Assembly: GCA_019057475.1 (NCBI GenBank)
Contig: DXJO01000010.1
Location: 96,001-160,000, forward strand
Origin: Candidatus Thorarchaeota archaeon
GTDB lineage: Archaea; Asgardarchaeota; Thorarchaeia; Thorarchaeales; Thorarchaeaceae
Reading direction: 5' to 3'
DNA length: 64,000 bases
How positions within the stretch are numbered: position 1 is the stretch's first letter; each line of letters begins with the position of its first letter. Below the pieces are notes generated by a model that searched no databases, was not told the DNA's origin, and saw only the letters and a list, made by a program, of their open reading frames with translations. This document shows, piece after piece, positions 50,033 through 59,351 of the stretch. A program made the translations under genes and the position numbers.

Positions 50033-51535
50033 CTAGTCTCCGAACATGAGGTTGAGAGCTGGGCTGGCATAAGCGTAGAATCTTCCAACAGTTTCCTCTG
50101 ACAGGATTGAACGGGCTATCTCATCGATGTCATTCCTAGTGATGATTCCCAGTCGCCCATAGCCCCCAACGGTCGCAAGAAGAAGCACCGGCACGCCAAC
50201 AAGCCAATGGATGTTGAACATAACCAGTATCATTGCAATAGACCCAGGAACCAATATCGTCTTGACGTACATACCCCAATCCAACCGATATCCGGTTCTG
50301 CGGCTGGATACAACCACAGCCAGGATCGCTATTGCAGGACCTAGTGAGTAGGAAATCGAGGCTCCTAATCCGGATATTGCGACAACTAGAGGGAAGTACA
50401 GGATAATTCGTCCAAGGTTCAACGAAACCCCTATTCCTGTCACATGTTGGTATTTGCCGGTTGCGTAGACATAGCTATTGTATCCCACCACGATAGGCGT
50501 AAGTAGGGCACCAAGCACCAGGATTTGCAGCATGAGTGACGCTGGTAAGTAATCCGGACCAAGCAGTAAGAATGGAAGGTATGAATAAACAGCTAATGTG
50601 CATGCCAGAGGTGCTGTTGCAACAAGCGAAAGCCGAATAGCTTGAGATATGGCTTGCTTTCGCCCGTGTTGCATACCACTAAGCAACGGGAACATCAACG
50701 CAAGCCCTCTTGTGGGCAAGACGTAGACGATTTGTCCTACCGCGAAAGCAAGATAGTATAACCCCGTTTCGCCGCTCCCGATAATGCTGAATACGATGAG
50801 AACGCCTACGGAGTTCCCGAGGGTTGCCAGAAGGCGCGGAATCCATGCCGCATATCCAGTCAGTACCAGATTCTTGAGACTGTCTAGGGTGGGCTTGAAC
50901 ATTGCCTTGGACGAGAAGACCCGTGTGCTGTAGAATAGGAAGACTGCATCAACAGTAATAAATCCCATAATGAAACCGGAAATTGCACCCCAGAACCCTA
51001 GCCCAAGATTGAGAAGCATAAGGCCTATAACGATTTTTAGTGTAGATGATGCTATCAATGACTTGGCAATTACCTCAGTTCTCATCGTAGCGATGAACAG
51101 AGAGTGAAAGAGAGGGCTCCATGATGTTAAGATGAGGATTAGTGCAATCAGGATAAGCTCAATTGCACTCAAACCCAAGAATCCTGTGCTTGTCAAGGAT
51201 CCCACAAGAATCGTGATGCTCACCAGAATATGGATAACAACCAGGTAGACTAGTCCGGTGCCGAAGTATGTGCTAATACTCTCTTCGTCACCTTTAGCAT
51301 AGATCATCCCTATGAAACGTTGTAGACCGGCAGGAATTCCTATTGAGAACAGCATTACCAATACACTTTGCAATGCCAGAATAACTGCAATGGATCCAAT
51401 AACGCTAGGTGACACGTATGCCGATACGACTATCCAGTACACATACCCCGCTGCATTTGAAACTATCGTCCCGATCAACAGCCAAAGACTGCTTCTGAAT
51501 ACCTCACCCAACTTCAGTTCATCTGTCACCTCCAA
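50033..51535 (-). CDS. Wzx-type oligosaccharide flippase
   Basis: About 14 TM; GIPAGLQRF, ETGLYYLA, MFPLLS and LLGPDY. Confidence 0.88.
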   Translation of the reverse strand: MEVTDELKLGEVFRSSLWLLIGTIVSNAAGYVYWIVVSAYVSPSVIGSIAVILALQSVLVMLFSIGIPAGLQRFIGMIYAKGDEESISTYFGTGLVYLVVIHILVSITILVGSLTSTGFLGLSAIELILIALILILTSWSPLFHSLFIATMRTEVIAKSLIASSTLKIVIGLMLLNLGLGFWGAISGFIMGFITVDAVFLFYSTRVFSSKAMFKPTLDSLKNLVLTGYAAWIPRLLATLGNSVGVLIVFSIIGSGETGLYYLAFAVGQIVYVLPTRGLALMFPLLSGMQHGRKQAISQAIRLSLVATAPLACTLAVYSYLPFLLLGPDYLPASLMLQILVLGALLTPIVVGYNSYVYATGKYQHVTGIGVSLNLGRIILYFPLVVAISGLGASISYSLGPAIAILAVVVSSRRTGYRLDWGMYVKTILVPGSIAMILVMFNIHWLVGVPVLLLATVGGYGRLGIITRNDIDEIARSILSEETVGRFYAYASPALNLMFGD

Positions 51536-51658
51536 TGACTTCTGGGATAATCGAGTGGCTGATGAATCGCGGTTGATTCAATAGCAAATCCCGCTGAAGA
51601 TGGGTCAGACTGCCAGGCCTATCAGGCATTGTCGGTGCTATGCCTTGAATGGATCTGA

Positions 51659-52972
51659 CTATTTCAGGAACCTCCTGAAAAAGGAAATTATGCGCTTTGA
51701 AACGAGAAACATCTTCAAAAATATCCAGAGCGCCCCCCTAGATGCAAGAGCTCTACCAACATAGAGATCGATCGCCAATAGGTAGGATTCTATGCCGGGG
51801 AGAGGAAATGCCTGTTTCTGTTCGACTATCGGGAACTTTTTCTGGAAGATACGGGAAATTCTCTTCCGACTAATGACTTTCTCAGGTTTCTTCGCTAAAC
51901 CCGGCTGCAAACTTCCTATGATGTCTTTCGCTAAAGGAGTTGCGTGGATTCTGTACGCTCTTTTTGCGTCCCTCACTAGGGACTCACCAAGAGCCGTTCG
52001 TGTAATCATAAGCGAATTGCCCATTCCGACAAGTTGTTGCGATGACCACATATCACCACACGAAACATCCGAGAACTCGTTGAACCCCTGTGTACAGATT
52101 GTGCATCTGAAAGGGAAGAAGTACTCAGTAACTCCTTGCCAATATTGGGGGTAAGATCGGGTCATTCGCCTTCTATTCTCTTGATTCCTTCTTTCGAGAA
52201 GTAAACGACCTGGCCACCCTCCTCCTCTATATTCGATTCTGGACAACGATTCAAGATCAAAGCCATAAAGGTGGAGGAGATAACGAGTGCCGAGGTATGT
52301 TGGAGCTCCTCCACAAAGTAATCCGATAATAAAAACAAGGCCTTTCTTATAGACTGGATTAATTTCTGTGAGCCTTCTGATGGCATATGCTTGACAAGGA
52401 AGAGCTACAACTCCAAATCGATTATTGGGGCCAAGCCGTTTCAGACCTTCTGCGAATGACACAGGACAGTACTTCGAGCCGGCAGCCAATGACACCTCCT
52501 TGGACGTGCGGGCCAAGAATGTTCTAGCATATGGCAGCCTATCGACCTCCAGTCGTGTTAGGACTGCCGAATCGATTATCCCTTTCTCGAATGCGAATTG
52601 CACCAGAGCAGTGACTATACCACCTGAGGATGATGAGTTGGCAATTGACTTATTCGTCGTGCTACCAGAATACGCATTGATGTGGTTGCCTAGCAGACCT
52701 GCGTTTTCTGAAACCAATCGCCCACTTGATTCCTGTTGGGCTACACCATAGCCGAAACAAACTTGGAGACACTTTTGACACAGTAGGCATGAATCCCTAT
52801 CTACTGACGGTATTGGAAGTCCCTTTGCAGAGTTGTATGTCATTCTTATCGAGTGGTTTGGGCAGGCTACTTCACATACTCCACAGCCCATGCAGAGGTT
52901 GTGATAGACTACATACTCGATGTTTCTCATCTCAACCATTTTGGATCCCACCGGCAGATCACCGTGATACAC
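51659..52972 (-). CDS. FrhB/FdhB-like protein with an N-terminal 2x[4Fe-4S] ferredoxin domain (polysaccharide-locus type)
   Basis: CMGCGVCEVACP, CLLCQKCLQVC, SSSGGIVT, GSKYCP, LPCQ, EYRGGGWPG, RCTIC and DVSCGD. Confidence 0.88.
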   Translation of the reverse strand: MYHGDLPVGSKMVEMRNIEYVVYHNLCMGCGVCEVACPNHSIRMTYNSAKGLPIPSVDRDSCLLCQKCLQVCFGYGVAQQESSGRLVSENAGLLGNHINAYSGSTTNKSIANSSSSGGIVTALVQFAFEKGIIDSAVLTRLEVDRLPYARTFLARTSKEVSLAAGSKYCPVSFAEGLKRLGPNNRFGVVALPCQAYAIRRLTEINPVYKKGLVFIIGLLCGGAPTYLGTRYLLHLYGFDLESLSRIEYRGGGWPGRLLLERRNQENRRRMTRSYPQYWQGVTEYFFPFRCTICTQGFNEFSDVSCGDMWSSQQLVGMGNSLMITRTALGESLVRDAKRAYRIHATPLAKDIIGSLQPGLAKKPEKVISRKRISRIFQKKFPIVEQKQAFPLPGIESYLLAIDLYVGRALASRGALWIFLKMFLVSKRIISFFRRFLK

Positions 52973-52981
52973 GTTTCAAAC

Positions 52982-54307
52982 TCACAGAATAGGTAATTGT
53001 GATTCAAGTACCTTTTTCAGCAAAGCTCCGTTCAAAAGTGCCCCCTTCTTGGCAGACATTACTATCGGAACTAGGCAACTGCTTATGTTTTCTCTCTCTG
53101 ACGCCATTCTTTGGACTAGATTAACGAGTTCTTGATTCTTATGATGCTCAACGTAATATATCCATTTTCCTTGTTTCAGCATACTCCCTACAAGGCCTAC
53201 TGACCTAACATCCGATTGATATGAGAGGGTACATGAAGGTGTACCCATTGATAGCGCACCTATAACTGAGTGTATCCTCGCTCCTATCATCAAATCCGAT
53301 TTGCCCATTAAGGCCTTCAATTCTGCAGTGGAGTACTCCTTTCGAAAGACGTGTACATTCTGGTGGTTTGTCATCACACTAGCGATATCCTCCCCCACAA
53401 CTCTATCATCGCGACCTTCATGTGATTCGATACAGTGCGGTAAGAAAAGTATTTCCCCATCAAGACTGTCTATTATCATGTCAAACGATTTGGCTAATTC
53501 CCTAACCGCCATGTCATACCTGAGGTTTTTTTCTGAAACAGAAGGATAGAATTTCAGAAGGAGACTTCTGGTTACTGTTACACTCACCAGTAACCTATCC
53601 TTGGGTATTTTCTCGTTCGTAAGTATCTGATCTGCCGTGCTCGAATCCGCTGCAGGGGCCAGAATCGCTGGGTCTCCTGTGAGAATCACGCGTGGAGATC
53701 CACCAGATAGCATCTTGAGGTATCGGTAAGAGTATTTGTCCCTCACTGTAACCAAAGCGGCACTCTTAAGAACGTAGCCCGCCAGTGACTCCCATATCTT
53801 CCTTTTGTATCCAGACGTACCATTGCCATAAACCACAATAGGCTTCTTGAGCACCCGGGCCACAAGAGTGATGTAGACTGGACTGTACGTGAGGAGGAAT
53901 CCTCCAGCACAACCCACACCATTATGACAGATTACGTAGAGGTCGGAATAAAAATACAGACTCCAGATCCGCTTTTTCATCACCTTTAGGACATTATTCC
54001 CAATGAGAATGTACAGCATGATAAAAAGGAAGTGCTGGATGAAACCAAAGAGCGCTGTTTTTAGGCTATTTAGTAGAGAATTATCATGAAGCACATCTCC
54101 AAGATGCAGGTCGCTTCGGATATCGACAGTACCAACACCGGATGGATATCGCGCCGCATCAATGAACGGCTGAAATGAGAAAACGTTGGCCTCGTAGTCG
54201 CCAAGAACGTCGAAAGTCTTGAGCATTCCATTGAGAATCGCCAGTTCGCCTTTGTTTAAACTGGGAATCCATTCTGCTATCAGAATTCGCACCTTGGACC
54301 CATTCAT
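52982..54307 (-). CDS. Polysaccharide pyruvyltransferase (WcaK-like)
   Basis: NKGELAI, VTVRD..S, GDPA, DDR and GARIHSVIGAL. Confidence 0.9.
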   Translation of the reverse strand: MNGSKVRILIAEWIPSLNKGELAILNGMLKTFDVLGDYEANVFSFQPFIDAARYPSGVGTVDIRSDLHLGDVLHDNSLLNSLKTALFGFIQHFLFIMLYILIGNNVLKVMKKRIWSLYFYSDLYVICHNGVGCAGGFLLTYSPVYITLVARVLKKPIVVYGNGTSGYKRKIWESLAGYVLKSAALVTVRDKYSYRYLKMLSGGSPRVILTGDPAILAPAADSSTADQILTNEKIPKDRLLVSVTVTRSLLLKFYPSVSEKNLRYDMAVRELAKSFDMIIDSLDGEILFLPHCIESHEGRDDRVVGEDIASVMTNHQNVHVFRKEYSTAELKALMGKSDLMIGARIHSVIGALSMGTPSCTLSYQSDVRSVGLVGSMLKQGKWIYYVEHHKNQELVNLVQRMASERENISSCLVPIVMSAKKGALLNGALLKKVLESQLPIL

Positions 54308-54330
54308 TAGATTTGTTCCTCCGGATTAGT

Positions 54331-57300
54331 TCACCGCCCGAATAGCAATGCCAGTTTCCGTACCCGATCCGCTTTGCGCAGCTTTTTTTGTGTCTTGGAT
54401 AGAACACACCAAAGAGTACCCACGATTACGGACCATACAGTAAGCTGCAGAATACTCTCCACTTCGTTCCATTGAAACTTTATTGCAGTCGAAGTCTTCG
54501 TCCCTGTCAACGTGAATTCCGAGATGAATGTATAAGTGTCTGAGGCCATCAGCTTAAAACCGACATTACCTTCAAGCAGGATATCATCACCATCAACTGG
54601 CAGTTGCAGATGTGCATCATAAAGCGTGTACAGTGTTTTGAACTCAGACATCCCGGAGTTGTCAACCAGCAGGGGCGTTCTGGCAACTATCTCGAAATCC
54701 CCGAACAATGTCAATTCACTTAATTCGACATTGAATATCTGGGTTATATTCTCTGACACAACAGTAAGACTCACTTCCCCTTCCAGAAACCTAACAACGG
54801 GATTTCTCATGCGTAAGTTCACGTAGAAACCTTTCCCGGGAATAATTTCAAGCGTATCGCACGCGACGCTATTTAGATTTCTGCATGCAAAGTGAACGCC
54901 CTCTATCCCGGTGATAGTCCTCGTTTCATTCATTAGATGAATAATCCCCCGGGCAACATCAATAGCTGTAAATGAGGCGAGGGCACTGAATCTGGTTGTG
55001 CACTCACCTTGCAATTTCGCTGATTGGAAGAACGCGGTGCTGCCTCCGTACGCCCAAGTGTGTGTGCTCTCGGCCAGACTAATGTCGATGTCGACGATGT
55101 CGTACAAGCTTCCTAGAACCTGAACTAACGGCCTCCATTCTCTGATGCTGGCGACTGCATGAGTGTATGATTGGTTTATCTGCTGAGGCGTCAGGACGCT
55201 GTTATGGATTGCAACTGAATTCATGGAACCATTCAATAACCAGTTATCATCATGTCGTTTTCCAATGATTAGTGAAAGATTGTCAGGCGCAATCATCTCG
55301 CTGAATTCGCGATTCGCTATCCTCGAGCCGTCAACGTAGAAATTGACTTCTCCCGACCCTACTGTAACAGCCACATGATAATACCGACCCGGTTCCAGCT
55401 CCCTGAATCCAGCAGACACCGTGCTGTAAGTTGTTCCGTTGCCACTGTTGAAAAGGAAGTTGGTGCCATCAAACATGTAGCCATATCCGGTAGATACCTT
55501 GTATCCCTCTATCTTGCTGATTATTGTGAACCCATCATCGGGGCGTTCTGGACTAATCCATGCCTCAATTGATAGCTCGGTTGTTTCATTTAGCTCTTCA
55601 GCATTTGTTATCTCTACATAATCATCCACGCCATCGAAGCTCAAAGAGAACCCCAATGAATCAATGATTCTACTTGGTCCGAAAAGAGTTCCAGTGTTTG
55701 AATTACCTGAATAATCTGAAATCGACCCGCCAGTGGATTCATCGAAACGGAACTCAAGTATGCTTTTCGAGTAATTGAGTGTTTCGATGCTGAGGAGTTC
55801 CTTTATTATCGGAAAGATGTTCATATACACTAGGTGGACATTCCCGACAACTAATTTAGCAGCCAAAGCTGTACGGTTTTGATTGTTTGCGTACCACGCT
55901 ATGATTGTAGCATTGTCCTCTACGAAAGACAACTGCTCACATTCTACTGGCGAAGGAAGCAGAAGTGTGGAGTTATGATTCTCAATCCAGTATGCTACCA
56001 TTGTATCAGTTGTGTTCCTGTCGAAAAGCGCATTTGAAATGGGTCCAAACCCATTTTGATTAATAATAACAACCTGCGTCGAGCTCGGCTCGTTTTCGGC
56101 GTTGAGAGCAATGCTATTGAGTAAATCGAGAGTCGTGTTAGTATCTTCGGATAACACTACAATTTGAGAACCAAGAATCGTTTCTACATCGCTTGGAAGG
56201 CTCACTGTGTAGTTGTAACCACCAAGATACAGCATTTCATATGCGTAGAAGCCAGCTACACCTACTTCCTCACTGGTCACCAAAGTCAAGTCACTTGTGT
56301 ATGACGGGGGAACCCCAGCCAAAATCTCAAAGCACTCGACATCTTCGTTTGAGAAGACTTCTTTGAAAATGCTGGACATATGTGAGGCTAAGTAGCTCGT
56401 AAAGTAGGATTCTTGGATGTACTGCTGATCATCCTGTGTCAGATAGACGTAAGGCGAGGGGTATCCACTGCTCTGCAGAAGTATCAAGGGGATATCAGGA
56501 TACAAAGACCCCCAAACTGGCATTCGGTATCGGTTGATGCGGTAAGGCGACGGGACAAAATCCATGGTTCGTCGAGACGAATCTGAAACAGTCAGGATTG
56601 GAGTTCTTGCATCCCTGACTGTTGGTGATGAAAGGAACTCGATTGCTTCAAGGGTTCGCTCGTCGAGAGGCGGTGTCATTCTTGAGCTCCTGTACTCGAT
56701 AGTAATGAGAGTGGACATTAATCCACTGAACACAACAATCAGGATTACGCAGAATGCAAGTGACTTATTATTACTATCCAGTTTCTGAACTTTCTTCATG
56801 AAGGGCACCGAGGCGACAACCGAAACCATTGCTAGAACAAGCGGCAGGAATCGCCGCTCACCATAGCCGAAGTCAATAACAAATGCGTTCAGGATACTTA
56901 TTGACTTTCCAACGATGACTGTAGTAACAAGTATCACAATCGCAACTTTAAGACCCATCTTGAACCTCGGATTAGACAGCCATGGTAGACTTGCGGGGAG
57001 CATCATCCCCGCAACTCCCATGATTAGTGGGTATAGAATTATTGGTACGAAGTATGTACTCGAAACCGATGCTGCAGAGAAGCCATTCGGTATGCTAAGC
57101 CAGGAAAGCAGACCCGCGATAAGGATAATTAGCAAAATCGCCGCAATATGATTATGATTGATTGCTTTCAATGGATTTTCATACGTGGGGAACTGACTGA
57201 ATGATAATAGTGCCGTAGCGACGGCAATTCCCATAAGAATTAGCTGCTCAATGAGCGAGAATGGCTGAATAAACCCGCCAAATGACCCCGAAAGCCCGAC

Positions 57301-58593
57301 ACACAGCAGGAATACAATCACTCCCAGTAACGAAGAAACTGTGACCGGTCTGATGGAATCACGAAACGATTTGCCTGCGAACATAACGACCATGAACAAG
57401 ATGACTTGGAAAAGCAAGAGTTCTGGAAGGTGCACTAGACCTAGTATCAGGACTAGAAGAGCCACCAATATCATCTTCTTGAATCTCTGCATTTCGTTGT
57501 TAAGCATGATGTGAACAAGTACAAAAATTAGAACTAGTGAAACAGTCATAGGACGGAACCACAACCAGAGCCAAGGCCCATTGGCAGATCCAATGTCCCA
57601 ATAGGTCATGTCACGAAGAGTACGGAAAACAGTCCCCAGAGGGCCGTCAGGAAGCCACGGGGAGAATAGAGCAATCCAGCCGAACCCTGCGAAGAACGAG
57701 AAGAAGAGAGTCGAAAGCACAGCCATACGACTGTCATTCAGAAGCATCCTGGCCATAACATAGAATGCTGCAATGAAAATGATCCCAAGGAAGCTCAACC
57801 CAGTCAGAAGCACCTCAAAGGAGGGATTCAACATCGTGATGATAGTTGCCCAAGGCATGTGGAACCAAGGATAGACTGATTGATACACATCAGGCACTTG
57901 TACTAGCAGTGTTGCCTCAGAGAAATGCCGAACTATGTCCAGACCCTTTTGATGTGCCATTTGGGGGTATACACAGGCAATGACTGAAAGGAAGCCAAGA
58001 GATATCGAAAGCAGCATCGCTGATTCTGCGATACCAAGAGTGAATTTGACTTGACCAAAGCCTTGATGGTCCAGGACCCTTGATGTCGTCGAACGGAGGA
58101 CGAGGAGGGCTGACAAGACTGCATATGTTGCCAGAATCAACCATCGTGCATTGACGCCGACTGATACACACCCAGAATAGATAATTGAGGTCAAACCCAT
58201 ACTCAGCGCGAAAGAGAGGACAGGCCATTCAATCCAGCTTTTCATATGACGATATTGGAGGAATCTGAGAAGTGCGTAGCCTGGCAGGAAAAAAGCGATT
58301 GTGATTGCAATCATCGTCACTGCCAAGTCATTTAATTTCTGAATCGTGGCCCAAGTCAATACCACAATAGCGAGTAATATCATCACATTGATGGTGGCCT
58401 CGAGTTTCGTCGTGTCGAAGGTTATCGTGGTATGTTTCTGCTCTTCCCGAATTAGCAAATAGACAAGTGGGGGCATGGTAACTTGGATTGCAAAGAGGAC
58501 ATATTTCACTGGAGATACAAAATGGATGAGTATTCCGATTGCCATCAAAGCCGAAAAAATAGCCATAGCGGCGGCCATTGATTTCAAGTTCAT
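54331..58593 (-). CDS. 1420-aa multi-pass membrane protein (GT-C-like N-half) with an extracellular LamG-like domain
   Basis: Over 15 TM in the first 630 aa with GLDIVRH and ERRF; LamG-like FDE..G..ISDYSGN.NTGTL..SFDGVDDYV..SIEAWI..YHVAVT..FYVDG; C-terminal TM. Confidence 0.75.
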   Translation of the reverse strand: MNLKSMAAAMAIFSALMAIGILIHFVSPVKYVLFAIQVTMPPLVYLLIREEQKHTTITFDTTKLEATINVMILLAIVVLTWATIQKLNDLAVTMIAITIAFFLPGYALLRFLQYRHMKSWIEWPVLSFALSMGLTSIIYSGCVSVGVNARWLILATYAVLSALLVLRSTTSRVLDHQGFGQVKFTLGIAESAMLLSISLGFLSVIACVYPQMAHQKGLDIVRHFSEATLLVQVPDVYQSVYPWFHMPWATIITMLNPSFEVLLTGLSFLGIIFIAAFYVMARMLLNDSRMAVLSTLFFSFFAGFGWIALFSPWLPDGPLGTVFRTLRDMTYWDIGSANGPWLWLWFRPMTVSLVLIFVLVHIMLNNEMQRFKKMILVALLVLILGLVHLPELLLFQVILFMVVMFAGKSFRDSIRPVTVSSLLGVIVFLLCVGLSGSFGGFIQPFSLIEQLILMGIAVATALLSFSQFPTYENPLKAINHNHIAAILLIILIAGLLSWLSIPNGFSAASVSSTYFVPIILYPLIMGVAGMMLPASLPWLSNPRFKMGLKVAIVILVTTVIVGKSISILNAFVIDFGYGERRFLPLVLAMVSVVASVPFMKKVQKLDSNNKSLAFCVILIVVFSGLMSTLITIEYRSSRMTPPLDERTLEAIEFLSSPTVRDARTPILTVSDSSRRTMDFVPSPYRINRYRMPVWGSLYPDIPLILLQSSGYPSPYVYLTQDDQQYIQESYFTSYLASHMSSIFKEVFSNEDVECFEILAGVPPSYTSDLTLVTSEEVGVAGFYAYEMLYLGGYNYTVSLPSDVETILGSQIVVLSEDTNTTLDLLNSIALNAENEPSSTQVVIINQNGFGPISNALFDRNTTDTMVAYWIENHNSTLLLPSPVECEQLSFVEDNATIIAWYANNQNRTALAAKLVVGNVHLVYMNIFPIIKELLSIETLNYSKSILEFRFDESTGGSISDYSGNSNTGTLFGPSRIIDSLGFSLSFDGVDDYVEITNAEELNETTELSIEAWISPERPDDGFTIISKIEGYKVSTGYGYMFDGTNFLFNSGNGTTYSTVSAGFRELEPGRYYHVAVTVGSGEVNFYVDGSRIANREFSEMIAPDNLSLIIGKRHDDNWLLNGSMNSVAIHNSVLTPQQINQSYTHAVASIREWRPLVQVLGSLYDIVDIDISLAESTHTWAYGGSTAFFQSAKLQGECTTRFSALASFTAIDVARGIIHLMNETRTITGIEGVHFACRNLNSVACDTLEIIPGKGFYVNLRMRNPVVRFLEGEVSLTVVSENITQIFNVELSELTLFGDFEIVARTPLLVDNSGMSEFKTLYTLYDAHLQLPVDGDDILLEGNVGFKLMASDTYTFISEFTLTGTKTSTAIKFQWNEVESILQLTVWSVIVGTLWCVLSKTQKKLRKADRVRKLALLFGR

Positions 58594-58749
58594 TAGCTAT
58601 TTCAACCAATGTTTTCTCAAGACAATGGCCAGCTTATGCAGCCCTTCAGAGTCAGTCCCAGTTACAGAATCCATCAGTCTTGGCAATATGACTACGTGGC
58701 TTTTCCCCAGGTTATTAAGATTCTGTTTCCAAGCTGCAACTATACGATT

Positions 58750-59058
58750 CTAACAGTCTAGAAGTCGCACCAATAACTCAATCCAGATTACTAGTACCTT
58801 TGCAAAGTCAAAGCAGCTGGCCACATATTGGAGTGCATTGCCTGCAATTCGTTTCAGGGAATGGGGATCATCCAGTAGTTGGATGATACGATTGGAGCGC
58901 ATCGGAGGATCATTCGATTCAAGGATGAGCCCATTATGGCTGTTCTCAATGATTTCAGTCACTGACCCGACACCTGATATCAAGACACGTGTGCCGCACG
59001 CCATTGCTTCAAGCATTACATCAGGCAGTCCTTCAGTATAGGAGGGGAGTACAAATAG
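58750..59058 (-). pseudogene. GT4 3' fragment (same subfamily as 44992-46152)
   Basis: LFVLPSYTEGLPDVMLEAMACGTRV..NDP....RI..LL; no N-terminal domain. Confidence 0.82.
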
Positions 59059-59067
59059 TCTTCCTCG

Positions 59068-59156
59068 TCGTAAAGACTCTCGCGCAGGTTTTTGATTACC
59101 TTACCCCGCACCCTTTTTTCATTGTACGCTGGGATTGCGACAATCAACCTGGACAA
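59068..59156 (-). pseudogene. GT2 5' fragment
   Basis: (L/M)SRLIVAIPAYNE, frameshift, then GKVIKNL; compare MKLVVMIPAYNEEKTVGKVIDEI in 30386-31117. Confidence 0.7.
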
Positions 59157-59235
59157 GGGGACTCCACACTCTCCTTTCTTGATGAGCAGTGGATACTATG
59201 GCACATAAATGTGCTTGGTCTGCTTTGCGTCGGGT

Positions 59236-59351
59236 TCCCTGCGAGCTTGTAGTTCCGGTGTCCTATAATCTTGGATAGGCTCTACAACTCAGCTTCTATG
59301 CCTGATGAGCCTAGAAAGAATAGTTTCCAACTTGTCGCCGATACACTTGAG
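59236..59351 (-). repeat. 116-bp direct repeat, copy B
   Basis: Partner of 49665-49780 (offset 9571 bp); covers the last 20 codons and the stop of 59289-60548. Confidence 0.95.

Noticed and set aside
51659-52972. FrhB-like gene plus hypC as a hydrogenase operon
   Set aside because: There are no large or small hydrogenase subunits or other hyp genes; the context is the polysaccharide-locus type.
3292-59351. Duplicated tails as assembly artefacts
   Set aside because: The copies differ by 7% at nucleotide level up to about 50% at amino-acid level, with codon-structured changes, which misassembly of one genome would not produce. Read confirmation is still advisable.
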